Assembly: GCA_947625055.1 (NCBI GenBank)
Contig: CANQMT010000009.1
Span: 12,750-76,749, forward strand
Source of the DNA: an uncultured Monoglobus sp.
GTDB taxonomy: Bacteria > Bacillota > Clostridia > Monoglobales > Monoglobaceae
Direction: 5' to 3'
DNA length: 64,000 nucleotides
Position 1 is the first letter of the stretch; every line of letters starts with the position of its first letter. The notes under the pieces were generated by a model. The model had not been told where the DNA came from. It did no database searches and saw only the letters and a program-made list of their open reading frames with translations. The position numbers and the translations under genes were made by a program. Shown here piece by piece: positions 1 to 10,606 of this stretch.

Positions 1-1
1 A

Positions 2-1774
2 GTCACCGACAACGGCTGCGGAATTCCGCGGGACCAGGTAAAGACCGCGTTTTTGCGCCACGCCACAAGCAAGCTGAGAAGCGAGGAGGATCTTTATAAG
101 ATCTCGACCATGGGCTTTCGCGGCGAGGCGCTCTCCAGCATATGCGCGGTGGCGAGGGTCGAGGTGATAACCCGCACCGCCGACGACGAGGTCGGCGCGC
201 ATTACGTTGTTGACCACGGCGTTTGCGGCGAGGTGGATGAGATCGCCTGCGGCGTGGGAACTATCATGACGGTCGAGGACCTGTTCCAGAACGTTCCGGC
301 CCGCATGAAATTTTTGAAAAAGGACAGCACAGAGGCGGGCTATGTGTCCGACCTTATGACGCGGCTAGCGCTGTCGCGCCCCGATATAGCCTTTGAGTAT
401 ATCTGCGACGGCAAGACCGTTTTTGTGACAAGCGGCGACGGAGACCTCAAAAACGTGATACTCAAGGTTTACGGTTTGAAATTTGCCAAGGCCGTGATGC
501 CGGTCAGCTACACCGAGGGCGGAGTCACGATAGTCGGCGCGGCGGGCAGACCGGAGGAGCTTTCGTTCGGGAACCGAACACGCCAGACCGTGTTTGTCAA
601 CGGCAGATACATAAAGAACCACGTTATTGCCAAGATAGCGGAGGAAGCTTTCCGCAACGCCTTAATGGTTGGAAGATTTCCGTTTTTTGTGCTTGACATA
701 AAGCTGCCGCCCGAGCTGGTTGACGTTAACGTTCACCCGGCCAAGACCGAGGTGAAGTTCGCCAACGAGAAAGAGCTGTACGACATAGTGTACCACGCGC
801 TGAAGAACGCGCTCTACGGAACGCTTCCCCAAAAGGCGCGGTCGGACAGCGAAAACGCGGCAGCCGCGCCGTCGTTTAAATCGTTCTCCGGCCAAAAACC
901 GTCCGTGCTGCGCGACAGCGGAGCCGTCGGCGGCAAGATAAACGAAAAGACGGTCAAGGAATATTTGGAATACACAAAGCCGAAGGCCGAGGGCTTTATC
1001 TTAGATCCGCAGGCTCCCGCCGAAGAGGTTAAAACATCCGAGGCGGACATAAATTCTTCCGGCGAGGCTCCCGAAGCGGAGGCTCCTTTGGAGGAGAGCG
1101 GAGCGGCGGAGGCTCGGAGCATGGGCGGCAAAGAGGTTGAGGCCGAGCTTCAGCTCGCTATCGACGAGCCGAGCGGCAGCGCCGATATTTTTTCGGACTG
1201 CAAAATCGTCGGCCAGGTCTTTAACACATATATAATCCTCGCGTCGCGTGACAGAATGTATATGATCGACCAGCACGCGGCCCACGAGCGGGCGGGATTT
1301 GAGGAGCTCAAGGCGGCAAAGGCCGAAAACGAGCCGCTGTCGCAGCTTTTGCTGACCCCGATAGTGGTCAGTCTGACCCGCGGCGAGCACGAGGCCCTTA
1401 TGGATAATATCGAAATGTTCCGAGGCCTCGGCTTTGAGATAGCCGATTTCGGCGGCGATTCCGTTGTGATTAACGAGACGCCGATCATCGCGCCCGACGA
1501 CGATATAAAATCGCTGCTTTACGAGCTTTTAAACGCCGCGATCGACAATATCAGGCACCCCGTTGCCGATTTTGAGGAGCGGGCGCTTGACATGATCTCG
1601 TGCAAAAAGGCGATAAAGGCCAACGACAGGCTGACCTTGCCCGAGATGAGCGCTGTGGTCGAGCTTGTGTCCGGGCTTTATAAAAAGGGAATAAAGACCT
1701 GCCCTCACGGCAGACCGATAGTGACGAGCTTCACCAAGACCGAGATAGAAAAAATGTTCAAGCGTATTGTGTAG
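2..1774 (+). CDS. mutL: DNA mismatch repair endonuclease MutL, 5'-truncated by the window edge
   Basis: Frame is open from base 2 (VTDNGCGIP...AFLRHATSK). Motifs GFRGEALSSI, VDVNVHPAK, DQHAAHER, SCKKAIK and CPHGRP are present. Confidence 0.98.
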   Translation, partial: VTDNGCGIPRDQVKTAFLRHATSKLRSEEDLYKISTMGFRGEALSSICAVARVEVITRTADDEVGAHYVVDHGVCGEVDEIACGVGTIMTVEDLFQNVPARMKFLKKDSTEAGYVSDLMTRLALSRPDIAFEYICDGKTVFVTSGDGDLKNVILKVYGLKFAKAVMPVSYTEGGVTIVGAAGRPEELSFGNRTRQTVFVNGRYIKNHVIAKIAEEAFRNALMVGRFPFFVLDIKLPPELVDVNVHPAKTEVKFANEKELYDIVYHALKNALYGTLPQKARSDSENAAAAPSFKSFSGQKPSVLRDSGAVGGKINEKTVKEYLEYTKPKAEGFILDPQAPAEEVKTSEADINSSGEAPEAEAPLEESGAAEARSMGGKEVEAELQLAIDEPSGSADIFSDCKIVGQVFNTYIILASRDRMYMIDQHAAHERAGFEELKAAKAENEPLSQLLLTPIVVSLTRGEHEALMDNIEMFRGLGFEIADFGGDSVVINETPIIAPDDDIKSLLYELLNAAIDNIRHPVADFEERALDMISCKKAIKANDRLTLPEMSAVVELVSGLYKKGIKTCPHGRPIVTSFTKTEIEKMFKRIV

Positions 1775-1787
1775 GCGGAGGTGCGGA

Positions 1788-2666
1788 ATGAGCAAGCCGA
1801 AAATAGTCGGGGTCGTCGGCCCCACAGCCTCGGGAAAGACCGATTTCGCGGTTGATCTCGCCCTCAAAAGGAACGGCGAGGTCGTCTCCTGCGACTCGAT
1901 GCAGATATACCGCGGCATGGACATAGGCACGGCGAAGCCGACGGCGGACGAGACGCGGGGAGTGCCGCATCACATGATAGACATTGCCGACCCGAGCGAG
2001 GAGTTCAACGTGGCGAGATTTGTGAAAATGGCGCGCGCCGCGATCGACGATATTTTAAGCCGCGGAAGGCTGCCCGTCCTCTGTGGCGGCACAGGCCTTT
2101 ATTTTGACAGCGTGGTGAGCAACATAAGCTTCACCGAGAGCAGATCCGACCCGGAATATCGCGCGGAGCTCAAGGCGCTCGCCGAAAAAAACGGAGCTGA
2201 GCATATCCATGAAATGCTGAGGGCGGTCGACCCGAAAGCCGCCGAGGACATTCACCCGAACAATCTGCGCCGCGTTATCCGCGCACTTGAAATTTACCGA
2301 ACGACCGGCAGGCCGAAGTCGGAGCTTGACATAGAGCAGCGCGGCGAGCCGCTCTATGACGCGGAAATATACGGCCTCACAAGGCCCCGCGAAGAGCTTT
2401 ACGACCGCATAAACAGAAGGGTGGACATAATGCTCGGGCGCGGTCTTGAGGCGGAGGTCCGCGGGCTTATTGAGAGCGGGGCGGACTTGGACTCGACCGC
2501 GATGCAGGCCATAGGCTATAAGGAAATGGCGGAATATATCCGCGGCGAATGTTCTCTGAGCGAGGCGGCGGAAAAAATAAAGCGCGAGAGCCGCCGCTAC
2601 GCCAAGCGGCAGATGACATGGTTCAGGCGCAACAAAAACATAAAATGGATCGAGATAAAGGATTAA
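1788..2666 (+). CDS. miaA: tRNA dimethylallyltransferase
   Basis: GPTASGKT P-loop, DSMQIYRGMDIGTAKP, GGTGLY and YAKRQMTWFR. ATG 1788 follows GGAGGTG, so the ORF-track start at 1767 is probably too long. Confidence 0.98.
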   Translation: MSKPKIVGVVGPTASGKTDFAVDLALKRNGEVVSCDSMQIYRGMDIGTAKPTADETRGVPHHMIDIADPSEEFNVARFVKMARAAIDDILSRGRLPVLCGGTGLYFDSVVSNISFTESRSDPEYRAELKALAEKNGAEHIHEMLRAVDPKAAEDIHPNNLRRVIRALEIYRTTGRPKSELDIEQRGEPLYDAEIYGLTRPREELYDRINRRVDIMLGRGLEAEVRGLIESGADLDSTAMQAIGYKEMAEYIRGECSLSEAAEKIKRESRRYAKRQMTWFRRNKNIKWIEIKD

Positions 2667-2694
2667 GCCGCGGCGTCAGCCGCGGCTTATTTTT
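2665..2694 (+). terminator. Intrinsic terminator after miaA
   Basis: AAGCCGCGGC-GTCA-GCCGCGGCTT stem followed by ATTTTT. Confidence 0.85.
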
Positions 2695-2734
2695 ACAATT
2701 CAATTACATTTATCCAACAAGTCTATGAGAATTA

Positions 2735-2763
2735 TTTACACAATCAAATTCTTACCTTATAAT
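2735..2763 (+). promoter_or_regulatory. Sigma-A-like promoter of the HlyD-like/yggS/sepF/divIVA operon
   Basis: TTTACA (2735-40), 17 bp, TATAAT (2758-63). Confidence 0.7.
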
Positions 2764-2824
2764 AAATCTGTGTAATATCGGGCGTTTGCGCTCTGATCTT
2801 GCGCATTTTTAGAGTGTAAGCTGA

Positions 2825-4132
2825 TTGGAGGTCTTGGCATTGGCTGATGCTGCCGACAATTCAAATAAAAGATTGAAAAACAGACGTAAAAGAAGCATAA
2901 AAAAGGGTGTTTTTTTGATACCCAAAACCGTCGCTGTATTTGCGATCGTTTTTCTGCTGATAAGCGTTTTTTTCAGGTCGGGCAGCTCTGTGAACACGTT
3001 TGCCGCTCTTAAAGGCAGTATTGAGGAGTATGTGAGCTCCGACGGATATATTTTCCTCGACCGTACATTGGTCGAGTCTCCGACGGACGGATATTTCGAG
3101 TGCGTCGCCGATGAGGGCGAGCGCATTGTGGAAGGAGCCACGCTGGCGACCGTATACAAAAACAAGGTGGATCCCGCCGTGACCGAGGAAATTGCGGACA
3201 TACACAAAAAAATCGACTCGATCGAAAGTGACAGAGTATCGGCGGATGTGTATTCCGGCAGCGCGGTCAAGATAGAGGTTGATATAGCCGACCATGCCCG
3301 CAGCATGTCGCGCAAACGCAGCGCGGGCAGATTTTCGGATATTCAGACGGAAAAGGATGATATCGACGGATTTATTTTCGCCAAACAGGCCTCGACCGAA
3401 GGCGGTAAGACCGATGAGGAGCGTTTGGGCGATCTTAAGGCGCGTCTGCATTCTCTCGAACCGTCGGGCGAGTATTCGGGCGAGTACATATATTCGCCGG
3501 TCCCGGGGGTATTCTCGTCAAGGCTTGACGGATATGAGCAGGAGCTTAATATTTCAATGCTCGATAACGCCACGCCGAGCTATTTAAACAATATAAAGCC
3601 TTCGGACGTCACCGTGGGGGAAACAGTCACGGCGGGCGAGACGGTATGCAAGGTGATAAATAATTATGAGTGGTATTTTGCCGGAGTAATAACCGAGAAA
3701 GAGGCCGTGGATTTCAGCGTCGGCCAAAGCATCAACATAAAATTTTACGATTTGTCGGATTCGGTCGTATCCGGGACTGTTACCGCGATCTCAAGGCCCG
3801 AGGGCGGAAAGGTGGCCGTGACGGTACATTCGACCGCTTATGTGGATTCGATATACACAGCCTCAAAGGTGTCGGCCGAGCTGTTCACACGAAGCGCCGA
3901 GGGCTTTAAGATCCCTTCGGAGGCGCTGAGAGTCATCGACGGCCGCCAGGGAGTATATGTGGTCCGGCTGGGTGTAGCGCGGTTTGTGCCGGTTGATCTG
4001 ATATACAACAACAAAGAATGGGCTATAATCGAACCCGCCGCCGAAAACGACGGCGAGGTAAAGCTTGAGATATACGACGACGTTATAGTCAACACCAAAG
4101 GAATAGAGGACGGAGATGTGGTTCGCAGGTAG
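2825..4132 (+). CDS. Membrane-anchored HlyD-like / membrane-fusion-family protein
   Basis: One N-terminal TM helix, a hybrid-motif-like segment (EGERIVEGATLATV), a coiled coil and a beta-rich C-terminus. It occupies the usual clostridial position upstream of yggS. The start codon is uncertain. Confidence 0.6.
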   Translation: MEVLALADAADNSNKRLKNRRKRSIKKGVFLIPKTVAVFAIVFLLISVFFRSGSSVNTFAALKGSIEEYVSSDGYIFLDRTLVESPTDGYFECVADEGERIVEGATLATVYKNKVDPAVTEEIADIHKKIDSIESDRVSADVYSGSAVKIEVDIADHARSMSRKRSAGRFSDIQTEKDDIDGFIFAKQASTEGGKTDEERLGDLKARLHSLEPSGEYSGEYIYSPVPGVFSSRLDGYEQELNISMLDNATPSYLNNIKPSDVTVGETVTAGETVCKVINNYEWYFAGVITEKEAVDFSVGQSINIKFYDLSDSVVSGTVTAISRPEGGKVAVTVHSTAYVDSIYTASKVSAELFTRSAEGFKIPSEALRVIDGRQGVYVVRLGVARFVPVDLIYNNKEWAIIEPAAENDGEVKLEIYDDVIVNTKGIEDGDVVRR

Positions 4133-4143
4133 GGGGAATCAGA

Positions 4144-4818
4144 ATGCCCGATGTAAAGCAAAATTATCTTGAAACGCTTGATAAGGTCAGGAAAGCGGCC
4201 GCGAAATGCGGCAGGAATCCCGACGAGGTGCGCCTTATAGCCGTTTCAAAGACCAAACCTATTGAATACGTCCGCGAGGCGGCGGAGGCCGGAGCGGTAG
4301 ACTTCGGCGAGAACAGACCGCAGGAACTGGTTCTCAAACAGGCGGAATATCCGGAGCTCAGATGGCATCAGATAGGCACGCTGCAGCGCAACAAGGTCCG
4401 CCATATAGTTGGCAAATGCGCGCTGATACACTCGGTCGACAATCTGAATTTAGCGCTTGAGATCAACAAGCGCGCGAAGGCCGCGGGTGTGGTTCAGGAC
4501 GTGCTGATCCAGGTCAACATAACCGGAGAGGCAACCAAGTCGGGCGTACCGCCCGAGGAGCTTGAAGGGCTGCTCGGTGAGATCGGCGGAATGGAAAACG
4601 TAAACCCGGCGGGCCTTATGACGATTTCTGTCGCGGGCAGCACTCCGGACGAGAACCGCGCGGTTTTCGCGAGGCTCAAAGAACTGGCGGATAGGTTCGG
4701 TCTTAAAGAGCTGTCGATGGGAATGACTCACGACTACGTTGAGGCGATTGAATGCGGGGCCACTATGGTGCGCATAGGAACGGCGATTTTCGGAGAAAGG
4801 GACTACGGCGCGAAATAA
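4144..4818 (+). CDS. yggS: YggS-family pyridoxal phosphate homeostasis protein
   Basis: LIAVSKT, FGENRPQE, WHQIGTLQRNK, LSMGMTHD and MVRIGTAIFGER. Confidence 0.96.
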   Translation: MPDVKQNYLETLDKVRKAAAKCGRNPDEVRLIAVSKTKPIEYVREAAEAGAVDFGENRPQELVLKQAEYPELRWHQIGTLQRNKVRHIVGKCALIHSVDNLNLALEINKRAKAAGVVQDVLIQVNITGEATKSGVPPEELEGLLGEIGGMENVNPAGLMTISVAGSTPDENRAVFARLKELADRFGLKELSMGMTHDYVEAIECGATMVRIGTAIFGERDYGAK

Positions 4819-4873
4819 TTTGTAAATTATTAAATTTTATATACTAAATTACTGAAATCAGGAGGAGAAGAAA

Positions 4874-5317
4874 ATGGGAAGCTTTATGGACAAGATATAC
4901 AATATGATGGGAGTTGACGTGGGCGACACCTATGAGGAGGAGTATTACGACGACTACCGCGACGAGGCCTATGACGAGCCGCGCAGCGAGTATATGCCGA
5001 GCCGCAGAGCAAGCAGCCGCAGCTCCAGAGTAAGCAAGTTTGAGGACGCGCCCCAGATGCGTCTGGTTATCATGCAGCCCCAGAACTTTGAGGAGTCGCG
5101 CGACATCGCCAACCACTTAAAAGAGCGCAAGCCGATCGTTGTGAACCTTGAGTATGTCGAAAAGACCGTGTCGCGCAGGATCGTTGATTTTTTAAGCGGC
5201 GCTGTTTACGCCCTTGACGGCGACATCAGAAAGGTCGCAAACCACATATTCCTGATAACTCCTTGCAATGTGGGAGTCGAGGAAGACGCCGATGACGGTT
5301 ACGGCTACGACCGATAA
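4874..5317 (+). CDS. sepF: Cell division protein SepF
   Basis: PIVVNLE...RRIVDFLSGAVYALDG...IFLITP, directly after yggS. Confidence 0.96.
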   Translation: MGSFMDKIYNMMGVDVGDTYEEEYYDDYRDEAYDEPRSEYMPSRRASSRSSRVSKFEDAPQMRLVIMQPQNFEESRDIANHLKERKPIVVNLEYVEKTVSRRIVDFLSGAVYALDGDIRKVANHIFLITPCNVGVEEDADDGYGYDR

Positions 5318-5322
5318 GCCTC

Positions 5323-6075
5323 TTGGAATCGGACAAGCTTGTTGTTAAAAAAGCGCTTGACGCGATCGCGATAGCGGAAAAGCAGTACTCGGTAAAGACT
5401 TTCGGATTTCTCGATCCGAGGGAACGGGCGCTTATCGAAAGAGAGATACGCGGCAAGGTTCCGCCGGACATGATCTGCGAGTTTTTCGGCGGATATGACG
5501 GGGCGGAGCGGAGCATGATGATATGCCGGCCCGAGTATCTGCCCGCGGAATATGACGAGATAATAACCGCAATTGAGATCTCGGGACGCGATATATCGGG
5601 CCTTAATCACCGCGATTACCTCGGAAGTCTGACCGGACTTGGGATAAAGCGCGAAAATATCGGAGACATAGTGCCCGACGGCGAGCGCTGCTACGTTTAT
5701 ATAAAACCCGCGATGCTGACTTATGTAGGAGAAAACCTGACGAAGATCGGCAGGCGCGGTGTGCGCGCGGCGCGGCGAAATTTGTCGGAAATACGGATCC
5801 CGGAAAAGCCTGTGAAACCGATATCTGCGACGGTTCCGAGCCTGCGTCTTGACTGCATCGCGGCAGCGGCGGCGGGAGTCTCAAGAAGCAAGGCGGCCGA
5901 GCTTATCAAAAGCGGGCGCGTTAAGCTGAATTTTGAAGAAGAAACGAGCGTTTCGGCCGTTGTGAGCGAGGGCGCCACGATCTCGATCCGCGGTTCGGGA
6001 AGGTTCAGACTCTCGGAGGTCCGCGGCACGACCCGAAAAGGCAGAACAGCGGTTATAATTGATAAGTATATTTAG
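5323..6075 (+). CDS. ylmH: YlmH-family S4 RNA-binding protein
   Basis: FLDPRE, HRDYLGSL.GLGIKRE.IGDI and an S4 domain (SLRLDCI...SRSKA). Synteny sepF-ylmH-divIVA. Confidence 0.92.
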   Translation: MESDKLVVKKALDAIAIAEKQYSVKTFGFLDPRERALIEREIRGKVPPDMICEFFGGYDGAERSMMICRPEYLPAEYDEIITAIEISGRDISGLNHRDYLGSLTGLGIKRENIGDIVPDGERCYVYIKPAMLTYVGENLTKIGRRGVRAARRNLSEIRIPEKPVKPISATVPSLRLDCIAAAAAGVSRSKAAELIKSGRVKLNFEEETSVSAVVSEGATISIRGSGRFRLSEVRGTTRKGRTAVIIDKYI

Positions 6076-6099
6076 TATATTAAATTATGGAGGATTATT

Positions 6100-6744
6100 A
6101 TGATTAAACCCGTAGATATAGAAAGCAAAGAATTTAAAAAGGAAATGCGCGGTTACAGCATATCCGAGGTCAACAGCTTCATGAAGGAAGTTGCTTTGAG
6201 CTATGAAAAGATCTATAACGAAAATCTGTCCGCAATGGACAGAATAGGCATGCTGAGCGACGCCGTGAAGCAGTATAAATCAATGGAAGACACCTTGAAA
6301 AACGCGCTGGCGGTAGCAAAGGGCGCGGGCGATGAGATAAAGACCAACGCCCACGGTCAGGCGCAAATCATTATCAGAGACGCCGAAACTCAGGCGGCCG
6401 AGATAATCAACCGCGCCGCCAAAGAGGTTTCCGAGATAAATCGCCGATACGAGGAGATGAAGCGCAGCGTTGAAGTTTTCAGGGCAAAGATGGTGTCGCT
6501 GCTCAACTCGCAGCTTGAGGTAATAAAGGACTATTCAAAGGTCAACGATGACGCGGACTCCAAGATCCGCTCAAGCGCCGAGGCGGTCGAGGTAATTAAG
6601 AGCGAGATCGACGACATTCCCGACATGCCCGGGGACGTTCAGCCCTCGGCAAACGAGCGGGTGGTTGCGGCGCTTGAAAAGGTTACTCAGGAGCTTCCGA
6701 GGATAAAACTTAACGAAAAAGGAGAGTATGTTGCCGCCGAATAA
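6100..6744 (+). CDS. divIVA: DivIVA-domain protein
   Basis: IKPVDIESKEFKKEMRGYSISEVNSF N-terminus followed by a coiled coil. Confidence 0.93.
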   Translation: MIKPVDIESKEFKKEMRGYSISEVNSFMKEVALSYEKIYNENLSAMDRIGMLSDAVKQYKSMEDTLKNALAVAKGAGDEIKTNAHGQAQIIIRDAETQAAEIINRAAKEVSEINRRYEEMKRSVEVFRAKMVSLLNSQLEVIKDYSKVNDDADSKIRSSAEAVEVIKSEIDDIPDMPGDVQPSANERVVAALEKVTQELPRIKLNEKGEYVAAE

Positions 6745-7234
6745 CAAAAGCGGCAGCCTGTGTATGGTGTATGTTATAATCGGAATTGCGGTTTTGATTC
6801 TTGATATGATAACAAAACACGCGGCGGTCTCATTCCTCGCGGGAGGCGCGGGGGTGCCTCTGATCAGCGGCGTGTTTCATCTGACATATGTTGAAAATAA
6901 CGGCATCGCCTTCGGCATGCTCGAAAATAAGCGGATAGTGTTTGTCACATTATCCGTTATTATTCTTATTGCGCTTATTGCCTATCTGATAAAAGCCCCG
7001 CGGCGCGACGCGTGGCTCAAATTGGGAGCCGCTCTGGTGGTATCGGGCTCTTTGGGCAATCTGATCGAGCGGGTCTCAAAGGGTTATGTGGTGGATTTTC
7101 TGGATTTCAGGCTGATCAATTTCCCGGTATTCAACGTGGCTGACATAGCGGTGTGCATCGGGGCGGCGGCGCTGGTCATCCACTTTCTGTTCGGAGGCGG
7201 CGCGGAAAACAAGGATAAGCCGGAGGAACAATAA
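6728..7234 (+). CDS. lspA: Signal peptidase II
   Basis: NNGIAFG, GSLGNLIER, GYVVDFLD and FPVFNVADIAV. Confidence 0.96.
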   Translation: MLPPNNKSGSLCMVYVIIGIAVLILDMITKHAAVSFLAGGAGVPLISGVFHLTYVENNGIAFGMLENKRIVFVTLSVIILIALIAYLIKAPRRDAWLKLGAALVVSGSLGNLIERVSKGYVVDFLDFRLINFPVFNVADIAVCIGAAALVIHFLFGGGAENKDKPEEQ

Positions 7235-7237
7235 TCT

Positions 7238-8155
7238 ATGGAAACAAAGACGATCAAGATAACCGAGGACGGCGGAAGGCTTGACAAGCTGACGGCGGAG
7301 GCTTTGACGGGAGTGACAAGGTCATATGCAAAAAAGCTGATAAACGCCAGAAATGTCACAGTGAACGGCGCGCCCGCCAAGCCGAACCGAATTCTTAAGG
7401 CGGGCGATGAGATAACCGTGAGCTTCCCGGAACCCGCGCCGCTTGAGATCGTTCCGGAGGACATTCCGCTTGACATAGTATATGAGGACGATTCAATGCT
7501 GATCGTCAACAAGCCGCAGGGCATGGTGGTGCATCCCGCGCCGGGCAATTTTTCGGGAACGCTGGTCAACGCGCTGATGTTCCATTGCGAAGACAGCCTG
7601 TCGGGCATAAACGGTGAGAAGCGCCCGGGAATTCTGCACCGCATCGACAAAGACACCTCGGGCTTGCTGATGGTGGCAAAAAACAACAGCGCCCACCAGA
7701 AACTGGCGGATCAGATAAAGATCCACAGTTTGACCCGCGCGTATAAGGCGCTGGTCCACGGAAACATAAAGCAGGACAGCGGAAGGATCGACGCGCCGAT
7801 AGGCCGCCACCCGATAAACCGCAAAAAAATGACGATAACCGACCAAAACTCCCGCGAGGCCGTGACAAACTACCGCGTGCTCGAGCGTTTCGGGAGCTAT
7901 ACTCTCGTCGAGTGCGTGCTCGAGACCGGCAGGACCCACCAAATAAGGGTGCATATGTCCCATAACGGCCACCCGATAGTCGGCGACAAAACCTACGGCG
8001 TAAAAAAAGAGGAGTTCAATCTGAAAGGCCAGCTTCTCCACGCCTATAAGCTCGGCTTCGTCCACCCCGACACCGATGAGTATATGGAGTTCACCGCCCC
8101 CCTTCCCGACTACTTTGAAAAGGTGCTTGAAATTTTAAGAAAAACAAATGAATAA
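7238..8155 (+). CDS. rluD: RluA-family 23S rRNA pseudouridine synthase (RluD-like)
   Basis: S4 domain, VNKPQGMVVHP, HRIDKDTSGLL, LETGRTHQIRVH and QLLHAYKL. Confidence 0.93.
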   Translation: METKTIKITEDGGRLDKLTAEALTGVTRSYAKKLINARNVTVNGAPAKPNRILKAGDEITVSFPEPAPLEIVPEDIPLDIVYEDDSMLIVNKPQGMVVHPAPGNFSGTLVNALMFHCEDSLSGINGEKRPGILHRIDKDTSGLLMVAKNNSAHQKLADQIKIHSLTRAYKALVHGNIKQDSGRIDAPIGRHPINRKKMTITDQNSREAVTNYRVLERFGSYTLVECVLETGRTHQIRVHMSHNGHPIVGDKTYGVKKEEFNLKGQLLHAYKLGFVHPDTDEYMEFTAPLPDYFEKVLEILRKTNE

Positions 8156-8189
8156 AAACCGCCTGCGGCGCATTAAAAACAATAAAACA

Positions 8190-8270
8190 AAACAGAGGCA
8201 TAGACTAAGCTGTACCTCTGTTATAAATCAAAATACTATCGTTTTGATTTCCGCCGAAGGGCGATTTTAT
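8190..8270. terminator. Hairpins between the convergent rluD and gpmI genes
   Basis: AACAGAGG...CCTCTGTT inverted repeat plus a short CGCC-GAAG-GGCG hairpin next to the gpmI stop. Confidence 0.55.
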
Positions 8271-9796
8271 TTTTCGATCAGGCTCTCGCCGGTCATTTCT
8301 TCGGGCTGCTCAATTCCCATCATGTCAAGCAGTGTGGGGGTCAGGTCGGCGAGTCTGCCGGTCTTGAGTTTAACGCCCTTTCTGCCGATCAGTATCAGCG
8401 GTACCACATTGGTGGTGTGCGCCGTGAACGGCTCTCCGGTCTCATAGTCGATCATCTGGTCGGCGTTGCCGTGGTCGGCGGTGATAAGCGCCTCGCCGCC
8501 CATTTCAAGCAGCGCGTCGACCACTCTGCCGACGCAGGAATCAACCGTCTCGACCGCCTTTACCGCCGCGTCAAACACGCCGGTGTGGCCGACCATGTCG
8601 CAGTTGGCGAAGTTCAGGATAATGCAGTCATATTTGCCGCTCTTTATCCGCTCGACGACCGCGTCAGTGACTTCGGGCGCGCTCATTTCGGGCTGTAGGT
8701 CGTAGGTCGCGACCTTGGGCGAGTTGATAAGAACTCTGTCCTCGCCATCGTAGGGCGCCTCGACGCCGCCGTTAAAGAAAAACGTGACGTGCGCGTATTT
8801 CTCGGTCTCGGCTATTCTGAGCTGCGTTTTTCCGAGCTTGCTCATGTACTCGCCGAAGGTGTTGCTGAGGCTTTCGGGCTTAAACGCGATGTGCACGTTG
8901 GGCATTGTCGCGTCATACTGTGTCATTGTCACATAGTATGTCTCAAAGAATTTTCTTTCAAAGCCGTTAAAATCGGGGTCAACGATAGTTCTGGTCAGTT
9001 CTCTGGCCCTGTCGGGACGGAAATTGTAGAAAATAACCGAGTCGTGCTCTTTGAGCCTTCCGATCGGCTCGCCGTCCTTTGTGATGACCGAGGGCACGAC
9101 GAACTCGTCGGTCACATCGTCGTTATAGCTTTCCTCAATGGCGGTGACAGCGCTGTCAAACAGCTTGCCTTCGCCCTTGACTATCGCGTCATAGGCTTTG
9201 CTCACGCGCTCCCAGCGGTTGTCGCGGTCCATGGCGTAGTATCTGCCGCTGATCGTGGCAATGTCGCCCACGCCGATCTCGCGCTCTTTCTCGATAAGCT
9301 CCTTGATGTATTCCTCGGCCGAGGCGGGCGGAACGTCGCGTCCGTCCAGAAATCCGTGAACGTGGACTTCCTCAATGCCGTGCTGCTTCGCCATTTTGAG
9401 CAGACCGTAGAGGTGCTTCTGGTGGCTGTGCACTCCGCCGGGCGAGAGAAGGCCCATAAGGTGCAGGGCGGAGTCGTGTTTTTTGCAGTTCTCCATGGCG
9501 CCCAGCAGCGCCTCGTTCTCAAACAGCGTGCCGTCCTCGATCGCCTTGGTGATGCGGGTCAGCTCCTGATAAACTATTCTGCCCGCGCCTATGTTGGTGT
9601 GGCCGACCTCAGAGTTGCCCATTTGTCCGTCTGGCAGGCCAACGTCCATGCCCGAGGCGTGAATAACGGTGTTCGGGCATTCGCTCATGTACTTGTCAAG
9701 GTTCGGCGTGTTCGCCGCGTAGATCGCGTTGCCGTCGTGGCGCTTGTTTTCGCCGAAACCGTCCATTATGATCAAAGCGTATGGTTTTTTGCTCAT
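8267..9796 (-). CDS. gpmI: 2,3-bisphosphoglycerate-independent phosphoglycerate mutase
   Basis: [49 protein letters not shown] and HTTN. Confidence 0.98.
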   Translation of the reverse strand: MSKKPYALIIMDGFGENKRHDGNAIYAANTPNLDKYMSECPNTVIHASGMDVGLPDGQMGNSEVGHTNIGAGRIVYQELTRITKAIEDGTLFENEALLGAMENCKKHDSALHLMGLLSPGGVHSHQKHLYGLLKMAKQHGIEEVHVHGFLDGRDVPPASAEEYIKELIEKEREIGVGDIATISGRYYAMDRDNRWERVSKAYDAIVKGEGKLFDSAVTAIEESYNDDVTDEFVVPSVITKDGEPIGRLKEHDSVIFYNFRPDRARELTRTIVDPDFNGFERKFFETYYVTMTQYDATMPNVHIAFKPESLSNTFGEYMSKLGKTQLRIAETEKYAHVTFFFNGGVEAPYDGEDRVLINSPKVATYDLQPEMSAPEVTDAVVERIKSGKYDCIILNFANCDMVGHTGVFDAAVKAVETVDSCVGRVVDALLEMGGEALITADHGNADQMIDYETGEPFTAHTTNVVPLILIGRKGVKLKTGRLADLTPTLLDMMGIEQPEEMTGESLIEK

Positions 9797-9834
9797 GATT
9801 TTGTCTCCTATTAAACTTTATTTTTCGGATTTTA

Positions 9835-10587
9835 CTATTCGGCGGCTTTGACGATAACGTCAAAGTCCTCGGCCTTGAGGCTCGCGCCGCCGATCAGGCC
9901 GCCGTCGATGTTGGGCTTTGCGAGCAGCTCTGTCGCGTTTCCGGCGTTCATGCTGCCGCCGTACTGAATTCGTATCTTTTCGGCGGCGTCCGCGCCGTAG
10001 AGCGAGCCGACCGTCTCGCGGATAATTCCGCAAACCTCGTCCGCCTGCTCGGCCGTGGCGGTCTTGCCCGTGCCTATCGCCCATACGGGCTCATAGGCGA
10101 TAACGACCTTTTCCGCGTCGGCCTTGTCGATGCCGAGGAAAGCCAGCTTGATCTGTCGGCAGACTGTCTCCGAGGTTATTCCGTTCTCGCGCTCGGTCAG
10201 GCTCTCGCCAACGCATACGATAGGCAGAAGTCCGCCTTTGAGCGCCGCTTTGGTCCTCAGGTTCACAGTCTCGTCGGTCTCGCCGAAATACTGCCGTCTC
10301 TCGCTGTGGCCTATAATGACGTATTTAACGCCCGCGTCGGTCAGCATGTTCGCCGCGAGCTCGCCGGTGTACGCGCCGCTCTCCATGAAGTGAACGTTCT
10401 GCGCGCCGACCTCAACATTGCTGCCGTTTGTCTTCTCGACAACGCACGGCAGACATACCGCCGTCGGGCAGACAACCACGTCGCAGCCCGCGCCCGCCGA
10501 GTTTTTAACGATCGCCTCGGCCAGAGCTGCCGCCTCGGTGGGTGTCTTGTTCATCTTCCAGTTGCCCGCGATAATCTTTTTTCTCAT
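9835..10587 (-). CDS. tpiA: Triose-phosphate isomerase
   Basis: [32 protein letters not shown] and GGASL. True start is the ATG at 10587 after GGAGG ([11 protein letters not shown]). Confidence 0.98.
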   Translation of the reverse strand: MRKKIIAGNWKMNKTPTEAAALAEAIVKNSAGAGCDVVVCPTAVCLPCVVEKTNGSNVEVGAQNVHFMESGAYTGELAANMLTDAGVKYVIIGHSERRQYFGETDETVNLRTKAALKGGLLPIVCVGESLTERENGITSETVCRQIKLAFLGIDKADAEKVVIAYEPVWAIGTGKTATAEQADEVCGIIRETVGSLYGADAAEKIRIQYGGSMNAGNATELLAKPNIDGGLIGGASLKAEDFDVIVKAAE

Positions 10588-10606
10588 TTTCACATTCCTC
10601 CAATTA

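Noticed and set aside
2666-2825. Absence of hfq after miaA, and of gap/eno around pgk-tpiA-gpmI
   Set aside because: Such rearrangements are common, and absence from one window says nothing about the genome.
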